41,882 nt of DNA, taken from NCBI GenBank assembly GCA_013115125.1, contig JABANN010000293.1, forward strand, positions 1 through 41,882, given 5' to 3'. The notes beneath the pieces are model-generated. The model made no database searches, was not told where the DNA came from, and saw nothing but the letters and a program-made list of their open reading frames with translations. Each line of letters starts with the position of its first letter. The first letter of the stretch is position 1. The stretch is from Perkinsus olseni (taxonomy: Eukaryota). Of the stretch, positions 20,235 to 31,057 are shown in pieces. A program made the translations under genes and the position numbers.

Positions 20235-22111
20235 CTAGTCGTTGAACTCCATCAGCTGCGCGCCGTAGTTCTCCATGATGTTGTGATACATCGCCTCCCC
20301 AGTGTCCACCTCACCACCATGCTGGTCGAACGTACTCAAGAGAATCTGAAACAGCACAGAGTGACGATTGCGAGACACCGCACCGTCAAGAACCCTAAAA
20401 GATACTTTCTCTATGAGTGCTTGCTCACGATTTCTCATCCCGGGCGCTAAGCAGTTCACTCGAGTCAAAAATGACGTTGCGCTGAGAGCTCACACGCCAG
20501 GAACACCACCAAGGAAAGGATGCTGTCGAGTTTTCGCGGTCGCGGGCAAGTACGTAAGTGCTCTTCCCTAGGCCGACCTCCTCCGGCCACGGCGCATTCA
20601 GCCATCGCCAGTACCCCGCTCTGAGCTCGCCGTGGAGCTGGCCAGGCGCCCACCGAGCGCAGCCATCGAATATGATTGCGCGCGCTCCTTCCTCATCGTG
20701 TTGCTCCGGCTGCTGCTGGGCGCTAGCAGCGAGGACAGCAGGGAGATCTCCGCCGAGGTACACAACATTGCCTTGATCTTGCGAGAGAACCACTCGAGCC
20801 CCCACAACACCTCGCGCTTTGTGCATAATCTGACATCCTGATATCACAACTACGACCTCAACGAGGGACCAGTGGCCCTCAGACCTCGGGTAGACTCACC
20901 CGCCGCTCCTCGTTGATGCGCACTGGCCCTCCCCGAACTGTTAGCAACTCTCCAGGAAGCACAACTCCATCGTCTTGAGAGGCAGCAGCAACCATCGACC
21001 TCGCCACGGGCTTGTTGAGAATCAGTGCTAGTGAGCCGAGATGATCGTGCTCCAGGACGAGCGTGACGCTCCGAAAGAAAATGGACCCCGGTCCGACTGC
21101 CAACGGGACAGCAAGCTCCACCACATATCGGGAGCTAAGCGCTCGACAGCCCAGTCAATGATGATCTCTGAGTGCTCAATGGCAGACGCTTCGCACTAGA
21201 AGTGCCCAACAGGTGAATCACGAATCACTAGGGAGTCCGGTGATTCAGAGCGCAGACTGGCTGACTCACTTATGTTGTCGTTGGCGATGAGCAGGGCTCC
21301 CTTGTGGAAGTTGGCCACCGGGGCACCGTGGCGTATGAGGGCTACCCGGAAGCCACCATCGTCATCATGCGTGACCACTGGGCGGATGCCGAGTGAGTGC
21401 AGGGAAGCACAAACGGCGATTGCCATCGCTGCACATAGTATGGGGCATCTGAGGAGCGCAGAGACGCGACCTACCACTACCAGTATGGAGGAACTCACCT
21501 GTAAGCCAGCACGAGCATCACAGCCACGACAGCTACGATGATCAGGGATCGATTCAAGAATATCGCGAAGGTGATGGTGACTAATATCAACATCATGTCC
21601 TTCACCAGCGCCCACAGTCTCTCCAACAACGGCCGATCGGGAGGATCCAGAGCGAACCTCCCCTGAATAGCAGACAGAGATCATAAACTCGTCCGCAAGG
21701 TTCTCACTACCTGACACACGCTGCAGGTCGTCGCTTTCTCACTTGCGAAGTCACCGGCACCGAGGACTTGCATTGCCCGCTGCCAGCGTTGCAGACAGGA
21801 TACATGCACCCACTGAGAATACAACCACAGACTGGGCGGCACACACTTTCCGGTCCTATGGACGCAGTCGATATCGATGGTGCAGACGCACTCCTACGAA
21901 CCTTCTGTGATCCCTTGCACATACAAGGGGCGATCAGCTCATTGCCTTTGGTTTCGCCAGGGCTGAAGCATATCCGACAGAACAGCTCCGTGGACTCGTC
22001 GCTGCTGCTGCTGATGTCACTTTCCGCTCGAACAGCAGTACCACGGCTTCCCTGCTCGTCCACGTCGTTGCGCTCGGATCCACCGCGGTGTTTCAGGGAT
22101 GAATGGCTCAT
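20235..22111 (-). CDS. RING-CH (RINGv/MARCH-type) E3 ligase with TM segment fused to a DUF179 (YqgE/AlgH) domain, multi-exon
   Basis: CRICF..LIAPCMCKGSQK|WVHVSCLQRW..CSVC, then a hydrophobic stretch, then GALLIA..FFRSVTLVLEHDHLGSLALILNKP..GGPV..IFDGCARWAPGQLHGELRAGYW. Confidence 0.8.
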
Positions 22112-22599
22112 GATAATAACAGAACTAACAGGGTGAACCCGTGCAGGCTCGACCTGACTAGAGCACCCCAGGGAATCTACGCATCGACTTCGAGATGCGA
22201 GGCACCGCGGTCATTCAGCTGCTGCCAGTATACAGCGTTCTCATAAGGGCGAGCGGAACTTCGATGAGGCGGACGAAAACCGAATGCCAGCACTGCGACT
22301 CATGCGGTACGCTGCCATCAACGCAACAGGTGTGGCAAGCACTGGTGGAAAAAAGGAGGAAAGAGGAGAAATGATACCTCAATTATTACGCGCTTCAGCG
22401 CAATGCGGTCCCGCGCACCACAGGGAGAATAGGAAAAAGCGAGCCGACGACGCATGATGAGAGCTCAGTAGCAGTAGAGTACGAAATACCAGTCAGAGAG
22501 AGACGGCAGACCATCACAGAAGCGAATCGGGCGCAATGGTTCAAGCAGATTGAATAGTCGATGAAGAGAAACCCCACCACCCTGAGTATCCGAGAACCT

Positions 22600-23609
22600 T
22601 CAAAGACAGCGATGAGATGATGCATATATGAGGCTGGGGGAGACGGCACATGGTCGCGAAATTGGACCGGTTGAGAAGGGTCCAAACAGTTTGAATGGTC
22701 GAGAGCGAAGAATTCGGGCACTCTGAGAACCTGAGCATGTCTGGAGAGTGAATAGCGCAGGTATGTGGTGATCAGCGACGGACAAGGCCATCATGCTCAT
22801 TGAGAAACCCCGATGCAGAGGGACTCCACAAGAGCCACCATGATCACCGCATCACGTCGCATGGTTCACACGCGACTACGGCCTGATAATAGGACGGTGT
22901 AAGGGAGCGCAAAAGCCCATTGCAATATCGAGGTAGTGAAACGCTGGTTAGTTAAGGACATCTGAAAGTGGAGAAACTCGCCGCAAGGCACGAGACTGGC
23001 AACGCCGTATCTCACCTATGAGCCAGCACGAGCACGCAAAAACTAGGACGATCAAGGACAAATGCAGCACTACCGCCAAGATAGCCGCTGACCAGGTAAA
23101 CAGGATGCCCTTTAGCGGCATCCACAGCCTGTCCAGATAAGGCAGCTCAGGAGGGGCCAGAGCGAGTTTACCCTGGAAAGTGAACAAAATCGAGAAACTC
23201 CAATACCATCACGACCACTACCTGGCACACGTTGCAGGTCGTCGCTTTCTCGCTGGCGAGGTCTCCACATCCACCGATTATCTGCATTGCCCTTTGCCAA
23301 CTTTGAAGACATGATACATGTACCCACTGAGAATGCAACCACAGACTGGGCGGTACAGTATTGGCGATGTGAATAACGCGAAGTCAAGAGACTTCAACGA
23401 ACCTTCTGAGTTCCCTTGCACATACAAGGGGCGATCAGCTCATTCCCTTTTGTCTCTCTGGAACCGAAGCATATCCGACAGATCAACTCCTCGCACTCAT
23501 CGATGCTGACCGATTCACTGTCTGCCAGAAGAGCCGTCCCACGGCTCCCCAGATCCTCTCTGATGTTACGTTCGGTAGGAACTCTGTGCTTGGCAATCGG
23601 ATGGTTCAT
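22600..23609 (-). CDS. RING-CH membrane protein, tandem paralog without recognisable DUF179 (3' end uncertain)
   Basis: CRICFGSRETKGNELIAPCMCKGTQK|WVHVSCLQSWQR..CNVCQ|GKLALAPP..TM. Same first two introns as the 22111 gene. Confidence 0.7.
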
Positions 23610-23884
23610 AAGAGCAACATCAAACTACAATGCGGGGGCTACCGATAAGTGGCTGCATCAGATTCGTCAACCTGGGATACTTCAGATGGCAACGAGGGCC
23701 ATCTGTCCACCATTGACCAGCCATACACTGGTTCCCAGCCTGCGCAACAGCCAGTTTGGCATTGCAGAAAATAATTATCCCTAATTTTACCAGAATCAAG
23801 GACCCACAGGGTACCCCCGGAATGGTATACGATATGATGACACTCGTCAGCCTCGGCAGAGGAAATCGAGCCCGATACGATCCA

Positions 23885-26800
23885 TCAAACGTTGGCAGCC
23901 GGAAGGATAGCGCCGTCTCGATCACCTCCCTCGGGCGAGCCTCCTTCAGACCGCTGTGGTCTCGCCCGGCGCCTTACAGCTGCGTGAGACGAGCCCTGCT
24001 TGCTCACTAGGACGTCGGGCATCTGACCTATACTGCCCGTCACGGACATTAATTTAGCAGGAGAACGGTAGAGAGTGACCACTTCGTAGTACAGGACCCT
24101 CTCGGCCTCCAGTGAGTGCCTCATCCGGGCAATTTGAACTCCTTGGCAGAGTTGAAGAGGATACGTGACGGACGGCAGCTCTTCGAACATTATACGTTTG
24201 CTGCTGTCCTGAATGACTAGCCTGAAGAAGCGGCCAATAGTGAGCACCACACCCAAGTAGAGACCGATCACGCTGAGACTCGACGACGCCGATGCACCTC
24301 CTCCAGCACTCGGCGGCACTGCTCTCTCGCTGACCAACGCCAGTGTAGGGTTGTCCGCCATAGCCCACCACACCTGGGAGTCCTCCTTCTCAACCTTGAG
24401 CGACACGTTGTTGAACTGACGGAACGACCCCGGAGGGCTCGCCCATGGACCGTTCAAGTACAAGGCCCTCGGGATGAGGCCTCCAATATGCAGGCGACTG
24501 CCGTTGACCAAGGACATCGCATCCAAGAGCTGCTGCGCAGGTTGGACCGACTGCACACAGTGGTAGCCAGAGGACCTCACACTGCCAGGCTGGGAGTGAC
24601 CGAACTCCCATGTCACGCAGAAGGTAGCATTGACCTCCCCGCTCGGAGTCTGGTTGGCCTGAATATAGTCTCTGATTTGCCGGCGTAGTGGAGGGCTTGG
24701 CTGCCACAGCACATCAGCCGCCTTTGGGAGAGTAGCATTTTGGAGGTCAGCGCTATGCATTGCCGTGTAGGACACCAGCTCTTCGGGCATCAGAGGGTAC
24801 TCCGACGACTGCGGGACGCGGAGGCCGACATGATCGGTCTTCCACACGGGAATGGACAGTTCCCCTACCTTCAAAGAGATGGCCATGGACGCGCTGGTGA
24901 CCATGTTGGATTCCCTTAACAAGTTCAGGCCCGAGAAGAACGTCAGTGGGCCGGTGATAACGAAGACCAGGAAGGCAAGGACACTGCCTCCTAGCAAGAA
25001 CCGGTACTTGGGACTCGTCTGCCGCTCAATCGCAGCTCGACCTGCGATGTCGTAGTGGACTAAGTAGAGATTCTGCCAGGCATCTTCCAGCTTGAACCAC
25101 ATGAACAGCGACAGTGCCGTCCCTCTCGAGCTGGCAAAGTCACAGATGACTCTGAGCTCGTCCAGGAAGGGGATGACCCGATAGACGCGGTAGGTGTAGT
25201 AGGAGAACCAGGCACCATTGCTTGGGGGGATGGGCTTGGTCGGGTCATTAGGGTCCCTCGTCGGCGGGATTGACCCCAACCACACCAGGCCAGGGTGCGA
25301 TACCCTGATCGCGAAGTGCAGCTGGATGCCAGTAAGGACCAGGTAGCCGGTGAAGGGCATCACAACCCTCAATGGGACTGTGCGGATGTAGACACAACCG
25401 GCCAGCATCAGGACCACCTGCGCCCAGAGGATGAGCTTCTCGGTGAGGACATGGCGGCCAAAACTGTAGCCATCGACTGAGGTCGACAACCGCGAGTAGA
25501 TATAGCGATCGACCAGCACGCGGACAATCAGGCCAACTATCGCGAGGACTTGGACAGTTGAAAACCGGTTGTTCCTCACACTCTCTGCGAAGCCCGTCTC
25601 GAGCTTATCGGTAGAAGCTGACGAGATTGCCGACCAGTCGAAAATGATGAGGAATATCACCACAAGGCTGAAGGCGAAACGTGGAATGAACAAGTCCAAG
25701 GACGGCCTCCGCAGTGATGCCGCATGGCCGCTAGCTCCCTCAGAATCTTGCTCGCTGCTCTCTGGACGACCTTCGGGGTCCTCGGGTCTTCGCAGTATCA
25801 CCTTCGCCTGGGCCGGAGTCATGTCCGTGCCACGACCAGACAACCGCTTGTGGATTAGATGCAGCGCCACGAGCACTACTATGCCAAGGTCCCACCCGAC
25901 ATAGCGGAGCAAGGCAGCGTCCTCATAGTCGGAGACTTTGAACAGACCCAGACGAGACAACGGGGTCACAACGCCGTAGGTGGGAGGACACTCCCAACGA
26001 CTCTCGACGATAGAGGGAACGTAACCGTCCGTGTCGCACACGTGAGGCATCTGCATCACCAGCTTGAGTGAGAGGCTACCCAGGCCACAGAGGCCAACCA
26101 CGATCCACGGCGTAGCGGTGAGGAACGGGTAGGCCGCAGGGATGAGCCAGCAGAGCATGATGCCCAGGGGGATGACCGAGAGAATAGACGCATCATAGGC
26201 TACCGCCTGAGAGAAGAGGGCGATGGCAACCCATATGGCTGTGTGGGACAAGAGGAACTGCAGAGTAGAGGGCAACTTGGCAGACACCGGGTGGGCCTTC
26301 AGAGCGGGGTCAATGACGTTGTAGTTGAAGCTGTGGAGAAGGGAACTGATGATGTTGACCCTTTTGTGGCGTCTCCCTCCCTGACTGCCATCCACGCTGG
26401 CCCGAGGCAGATTCACATTCTGGCCGCCGAGCACCATAGTAACACCGTCAATCACAGCATCGGTCGTCTGGGCCACCGCGCCAGTGACATTCTCAGCCGC
26501 CATGATAGACCGGCGGCTACGATGAGCAGCTTCTGTACTCGAACTGCTTGGGGTCACTTGCCCACTAGGCTGCCCAGCCGACTGTGCTTGGTCGTTCCCC
26601 GCCAGCTCCTCCTTCGCCTTAGCGAGGATGTCGTCTCGCTTCTCTTGGATCTCAGCCTCCGAGCTGCCTGTGACCACTAGGCGCTTGAGCACCGTGCTGA
26701 TGATGAACTCTGCGGGAGTGTCATTTGGCAGTGCCTCGCTGACTTCGGTCAAGTCAGCCTTCACTTGAACCACCGACATCCCCAAGTAGAGAGCGATCTC

Positions 26801-29800
26801 TTCAATCTGGTCGTCGTCGATAGCTCCTTGTCCCTCCGTGAATTTCTCAGCAAGGCCCGATATCTTCTCGGCATCCTGAGTGGCACTTCTCTCAGGCATG
26901 CGACGGCTCTGAGCCTCCTCCCCTCCATGGTCCTTCGCCGTGTCCATCGTCCCCGCAACCGCCACAATGCGATTAAGACGCCTCAGAAGGGTGTCCAGAT
27001 TCGCCTTGTGCTTGCGCTCATCCTCCTGGCACCTCTTGAGGAGCACTCGACGGACCCAACTGTCCGCTATGGTCGAACTGTCAGCGGCTAGGAAGTTATC
27101 CGGGCTGCTGGGCCTCAGGGGTCTTGTGAGCAAGTACAGCATAGGAGCGCAGAGCTCATAGAGGGCCAGGGAAGGTACTTCGCCGAAGGAGAAGAGAGGC
27201 AGCCAGTCCTCCAAGTAGAGCCAAAACCGAGACTTGTCTGGGACAAGGTTGAGGGGGATCTGTGAGAGGACGCAGAGGATATAGTAGGATGCAGACATAA
27301 TGAGAAGGCAGCGTCTACTGAAAGGTGCTCGGCCGCTCTGAGGAATCTCAAGGAGCATTGCTAGCCCCAGTACCAGCATGAGGACCACGAATACTCCAAT
27401 AGACCTTCGCCTGTCGAAGAGGAGCTCGGCTGCCAGGAGGCAGGTGAACGCTATCACCAACTTAGTCGGAGTCAGCAGAGGCAAGGGCTTCTCATGCAGC
27501 ACTACCGATGCGAGAGCGAGGCCGACGTAATTGGTCATCATAGCGATCGGGGCACTGGCCCAGCTCAAACCCAGCCACTGGTAGAACGGGGTAAGAGGGA
27601 AGGGCCTATGCACGACTGACAGGACCATCGGTGTGACACAGAGCTCTAATACTGATACACAAAGCAGCAAAATTGCTAACTTGTGAACAGCTTCGCTCCG
27701 TCGACGACTGAAGGAGAGCGGAAGGTAGGCGAAGATTGACCACACCGAGGGCCGCACTACAGCGACTACCAGTAGGATGAGCCTGTAGGAGTCTGGCGAG
27801 GAGTAGTCATTCGCGAGGGCCACAATACCATCACCAGCCTCTGTGAAGCCAGTGGGGGTGAGGGCTGCTACCAACACGCAGACTCCGAGGGGGTAATAGT
27901 GGGCTATGACGCCGCTGAGAGGAGCCTTGCGGATGCCGTAGTTGGATACGGTCACCACGAGCGCATAGAGATGGATGATAGAGAATACTACAGCCACTCT
28001 GCCCGGCTTTTGCAGGAATCTCGGCAAGGACACCGCGAGGACAGCGAAAACAGTGAGCACTAAGTTCTCTATAGGAAAGCTCTGGGGGTGGTCGAGTCCT
28101 CGGACGGTCGAGAAGTAGAACGTTGCAATTGGCGCCGTGGCTGCCACCAGCTTCTGCATGCCCTCGGACAAGGAGGGCGGCGATGGGATAGCGGGAGTGA
28201 ACGCTACGCTCTGGCTCGCTGTGAGGAACCACATCTGCCAACACAGCTGCGCGGTCACTCGAGTGCTCTCTCCCTGCATCACTCCCACGACATAGTTCCC
28301 AACGGCGAAGGCGATAGCGAGGCCCGTGCCCCACCCTATGGCGCTGCGCAATGGCATGACCAAAGAGAGCAGAGATGCTAGACCAGCGCAGCCGGCCGTC
28401 ATAGTAATGGTCAACACTCGCAAAGGGGCTGATGGCAGCAGCGGCAAAGCTGCATAGAGGAAAGCCATGAGCACAGCTGCCACCCCAGAAGCAAACATAC
28501 TCCCAGCTCTGGACTCCCGCTGACCCTGGGATACCAGGGTTACACGGTCCAATGCCCAGAGAACCGAGGCAGCCAAGAGGACCGGCACGCAGCGGGCCCA
28601 GATGGCTGCTTGGAATTCTGCTAGGGACCCGCTATCGGCCGACAGGGCAGCATACGAGACTAAGGCGCCGAGGACTGCCGAGTTGCAAATGACGTACTCA
28701 GAGGCGAAGGTTCGGCCGTACCGTATGCCAGCTAGCTGCCATATGAGAGTGTAGACGAAGAAGACTGATTGGCAAAGGCGGTCTATGTGAGAGGAGGTCA
28801 CGACGGCCCTCAGCACGAGCCACCATAGCAAAAGTTGAAGTGCCAGTCTTATCGGCGACCCGAATGACATTGGAAGGAACCGAAGCGATGCCTGCGGGGC
28901 TCCGCTCCTCTCCAGCAGCTTCCTTGTTGTGCATAACAGAGCCGCGACCGCCGCCAGCGGCGAGAGCTCACCTGGTGTCACCCCGGGGACAGCTGAGACA
29001 AGGACAACCGGGAACATCTGCGGTAGCGGGGAGACCGCCACTAAGTACAGGGCCAGAACAAGGTAGTGGCACTTCTTTCGTAGTGGGGGAGCCAGTAATA
29101 CCGCCATAAGCATCAGAAACGCCACGGGAGTGGCGAAGGTGATGAGGCAGAGAGCAACCAGCGGGAGATAGAGAACTCTAGTGAGGATCTCCAGCACTGG
29201 CAGGGAAGCCTTCAAGGCTCTGCCAACCATCGACTCCGCACCACCGCTGTCTTCCAAGAGAGCAGCGTCATAGCCAACCACCGAGGTCGCCATGGGGGAG
29301 TCCACAATCGGGACTAGAAGGCCGTAGATGATGCTTATCCAGAGCAGGGATATAGCATCACCGTAGGGCATTCGGACTAGCAGGTGGGCCAGGACTGCCA
29401 CCCTCGAGTCGTAGGCTATCAAGTCACTCTGGTGGGACACTTGCAGGGACATCGCACAGACAAGGATAGGGTAGATGACCATAGAGAGCATGAACTCTCC
29501 TTTGGTAGACTCCTCGACCCTAAACGTTGCCACCTGGACCAAGAAGCCTGCGAACACGACCAGGCGTACAGCGGTAGAGAGCAGCCATTCCTCCGTCAAG
29601 GAGCTCGGATATGCGAAGGGGCGTCGGAGCATCCACGGCCCAGTCAAAGCAGTGACCGCAGTAAGGACCACCGCTGCAGTACGAGACACCCACATGACTC
29701 CACCGGTGAACGGGCTCATCACCCAGGTGGGCAGCGATATGCCGGCGATATCATGTAGGATGACCAACACGAGCAGGGCGAAGGCGGCGACCAGGAGGCT

Positions 29801-30223
29801 GGCTGCGATGAAAACAAACTTCCTGGCATCCTCTCTCTGCTCCGTAGCAAAGCGGCCTTGGAAGGTCATATATACCACCGGCACCGCCACAACAGCGCCG
29901 ACCAGTGGCGAGGCGCCTCCGACTAGCAGGAGAGAATGCGCCAGAAGGACGAACCAGGCCGAGCGTATTCCCAAAGACACAATACTGCGCACGAAGGGCC
30001 TGGACATCGGCTCCGTCAGAGGCGAGGGCGTGGCCGGCTGTGCTGCTCCCTGGGCACTTGTCGGATCAGCGGCTACTGGTGGTTGCTGTAGCCCCTGGGA
30101 GATCGACGGCGGTGGGGGTGGAAGTGTGTCGCTAATATTGTGGAAAATATACTGAGAACATCGGGACACAATACACCCCTGTGGCCATTGAGAACCAAAG
30201 CAAGTGCTGTTCCACAGAAACAT
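23885..30223 (-). CDS. PIEZO: Piezo-family mechanosensitive ion channel, intronless (start at 30223 or 30007)
   Basis: Many TM segments. C-terminal signatures YRVIPFLDELR, LSLFMWFKLED, SVIGLYLGVVLTIGRFFR, IMFEELP, LYYEVVTLYRSPAKL. Confidence 0.9.
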   Translation of the reverse strand: MFLWNSTCFGSQWPQGCIVSRCSQYIFHNISDTLPPPPPSISQGLQQPPVAADPTSAQGAAQPATPSPLTEPMSRPFVRSIVSLGIRSAWFVLLAHSLLLVGGASPLVGAVVAVPVVYMTFQGRFATEQREDARKFVFIAASLLVAAFALLVLVILHDIAGISLPTWVMSPFTGGVMWVSRTAAVVLTAVTALTGPWMLRRPFAYPSSLTEEWLLSTAVRLVVFAGFLVQVATFRVEESTKGEFMLSMVIYPILVCAMSLQVSHQSDLIAYDSRVAVLAHLLVRMPYGDAISLLWISIIYGLLVPIVDSPMATSVVGYDAALLEDSGGAESMVGRALKASLPVLEILTRVLYLPLVALCLITFATPVAFLMLMAVLLAPPLRKKCHYLVLALYLVAVSPLPQMFPVVLVSAVPGVTPGELSPLAAVAALLCTTRKLLERSGAPQASLRFLPMSFGSPIRLALQLLLWWLVLRAVVTSSHIDRLCQSVFFVYTLIWQLAGIRYGRTFASEYVICNSAVLGALVSYAALSADSGSLAEFQAAIWARCVPVLLAASVLWALDRVTLVSQGQRESRAGSMFASGVAAVLMAFLYAALPLLPSAPLRVLTITMTAGCAGLASLLSLVMPLRSAIGWGTGLAIAFAVGNYVVGVMQGESTRVTAQLCWQMWFLTASQSVAFTPAIPSPPSLSEGMQKLVAATAPIATFYFSTVRGLDHPQSFPIENLVLTVFAVLAVSLPRFLQKPGRVAVVFSIIHLYALVVTVSNYGIRKAPLSGVIAHYYPLGVCVLVAALTPTGFTEAGDGIVALANDYSSPDSYRLILLVVAVVRPSVWSIFAYLPLSFSRRRSEAVHKLAILLLCVSVLELCVTPMVLSVVHRPFPLTPFYQWLGLSWASAPIAMMTNYVGLALASVVLHEKPLPLLTPTKLVIAFTCLLAAELLFDRRRSIGVFVVLMLVLGLAMLLEIPQSGRAPFSRRCLLIMSASYYILCVLSQIPLNLVPDKSRFWLYLEDWLPLFSFGEVPSLALYELCAPMLYLLTRPLRPSSPDNFLAADSSTIADSWVRRVLLKRCQEDERKHKANLDTLLRRLNRIVAVAGTMDTAKDHGGEEAQSRRMPERSATQDAEKISGLAEKFTEGQGAIDDDQIEEIALYLGMSVVQVKADLTEVSEALPNDTPAEFIISTVLKRLVVTGSSEAEIQEKRDDILAKAKEELAGNDQAQSAGQPSGQVTPSSSSTEAAHRSRRSIMAAENVTGAVAQTTDAVIDGVTMVLGGQNVNLPRASVDGSQGGRRHKRVNIISSLLHSFNYNVIDPALKAHPVSAKLPSTLQFLLSHTAIWVAIALFSQAVAYDASILSVIPLGIMLCWLIPAAYPFLTATPWIVVGLCGLGSLSLKLVMQMPHVCDTDGYVPSIVESRWECPPTYGVVTPLSRLGLFKVSDYEDAALLRYVGWDLGIVVLVALHLIHKRLSGRGTDMTPAQAKVILRRPEDPEGRPESSEQDSEGASGHAASLRRPSLDLFIPRFAFSLVVIFLIIFDWSAISSASTDKLETGFAESVRNNRFSTVQVLAIVGLIVRVLVDRYIYSRLSTSVDGYSFGRHVLTEKLILWAQVVLMLAGCVYIRTVPLRVVMPFTGYLVLTGIQLHFAIRVSHPGLVWLGSIPPTRDPNDPTKPIPPSNGAWFSYYTYRVYRVIPFLDELRVICDFASSRGTALSLFMWFKLEDAWQNLYLVHYDIAGRAAIERQTSPKYRFLLGGSVLAFLVFVITGPLTFFSGLNLLRESNMVTSASMAISLKVGELSIPVWKTDHVGLRVPQSSEYPLMPEELVSYTAMHSADLQNATLPKAADVLWQPSPPLRRQIRDYIQANQTPSGEVNATFCVTWEFGHSQPGSVRSSGYHCVQSVQPAQQLLDAMSLVNGSRLHIGGLIPRALYLNGPWASPPGSFRQFNNVSLKVEKEDSQVWWAMADNPTLALVSERAVPPSAGGGASASSSLSVIGLYLGVVLTIGRFFRLVIQDSSKRIMFEELPSVTYPLQLCQGVQIARMRHSLEAERVLYYEVVTLYRSPAKLMSVTGSIGQMPDVLVSKQGSSHAAVRRRARPQRSEGGSPEGGDRDGAILPAANV

Positions 30224-30245
30224 GATGCCATCGCAACAGCAGAAC

Positions 30246-30866
30246 TCACTTGCCCTTGATAATTTGACGATAGGCCAAGGTGAGCCTCTCCCGCATATTC
30301 TGATCTATGTGGGGCCCCGGACCCGCTCGATGCATCTCAACATGTTTCACCAACTAAAAGCACCGCCGTGGGGCGAGAAAGCCGGAAGCAGTCCGCTACT
30401 ACCTGAAGGCTCCGGTACCAGCCCAGGCCTGAGTTCCGCTTAACTTCCATTCGGAATTGCTTCTTCACATCCAATAGCATCCCCTGCTGTTCCTCTAACC
30501 TCCGCTGGGCTACCCCCGCTCGCCGCGCCTCAATACGAGCTTGCCTAGAGGCTTTCTGTCCACAAAGCAACAATGTGGACAAGCGAGAAAATCACCATAC
30601 CACCAGCAGCTTGGAACGGTCGAAAAATTCACCCTCCGGTGAGACTATATTCTGGGTAGTCCAACGCTCGCGGGGCTACTTTAGGTTTACGACATACGGA
30701 CTGCTATTGCCACTAAGAATGAGCCCTTCAGTACCTTCCTCGTCCCAAAAACCCGTATCGGCTTGACCTTGAAGTACGAGGCAGCAGTTCGGATGGACCC
30801 CAGCGGCCGCCACAGCAGCCCTCCCGAAAAATACGGTTGCCATCCACCGAGACTTTGCAATAACAT
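30246..30866 (-). CDS. Small basic presequence-bearing protein resembling the N-terminal half of ribosomal protein uS13 (putative mitochondrial), 4 exons
   Basis: Hand-spliced MLLQSLGG..RTAASYFKVKPIRVFGTRK|NIVSPEGEFFDRSKLLV|KASRQ..DVKKQFRMEVKRNSGLGWYRSLQ|LVKHVEMH..IDQNMRERLTLAYRQIIKGK*. The GLG..RS helix pattern recalls uS13 (IYGIGxxRS). Confidence 0.42.
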
Positions 30867-31057
30867 CACTGATGCCCAGCAACTCTAAGAGGACGTTCCT
30901 CTTTGCAGAACGGAAACACCCACCCCTTGAAGCACGAATTAAACACTAGGCAACTCAGTAACTTCCTTCCTCAAATCGACAAGGGTCTCACTACTATCCA
31001 CATGACATGAGAAGTCTATCGAACGACGAGCCAAGTCGGCCCCACAGAACTCTGCCG

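Noticed and set aside
29475-30155. 226-aa antisense ORF and other plus-strand ORFs inside Piezo and the myosin-like gene
   Set aside because: Shadow frames of long GC-rich coding sequence.
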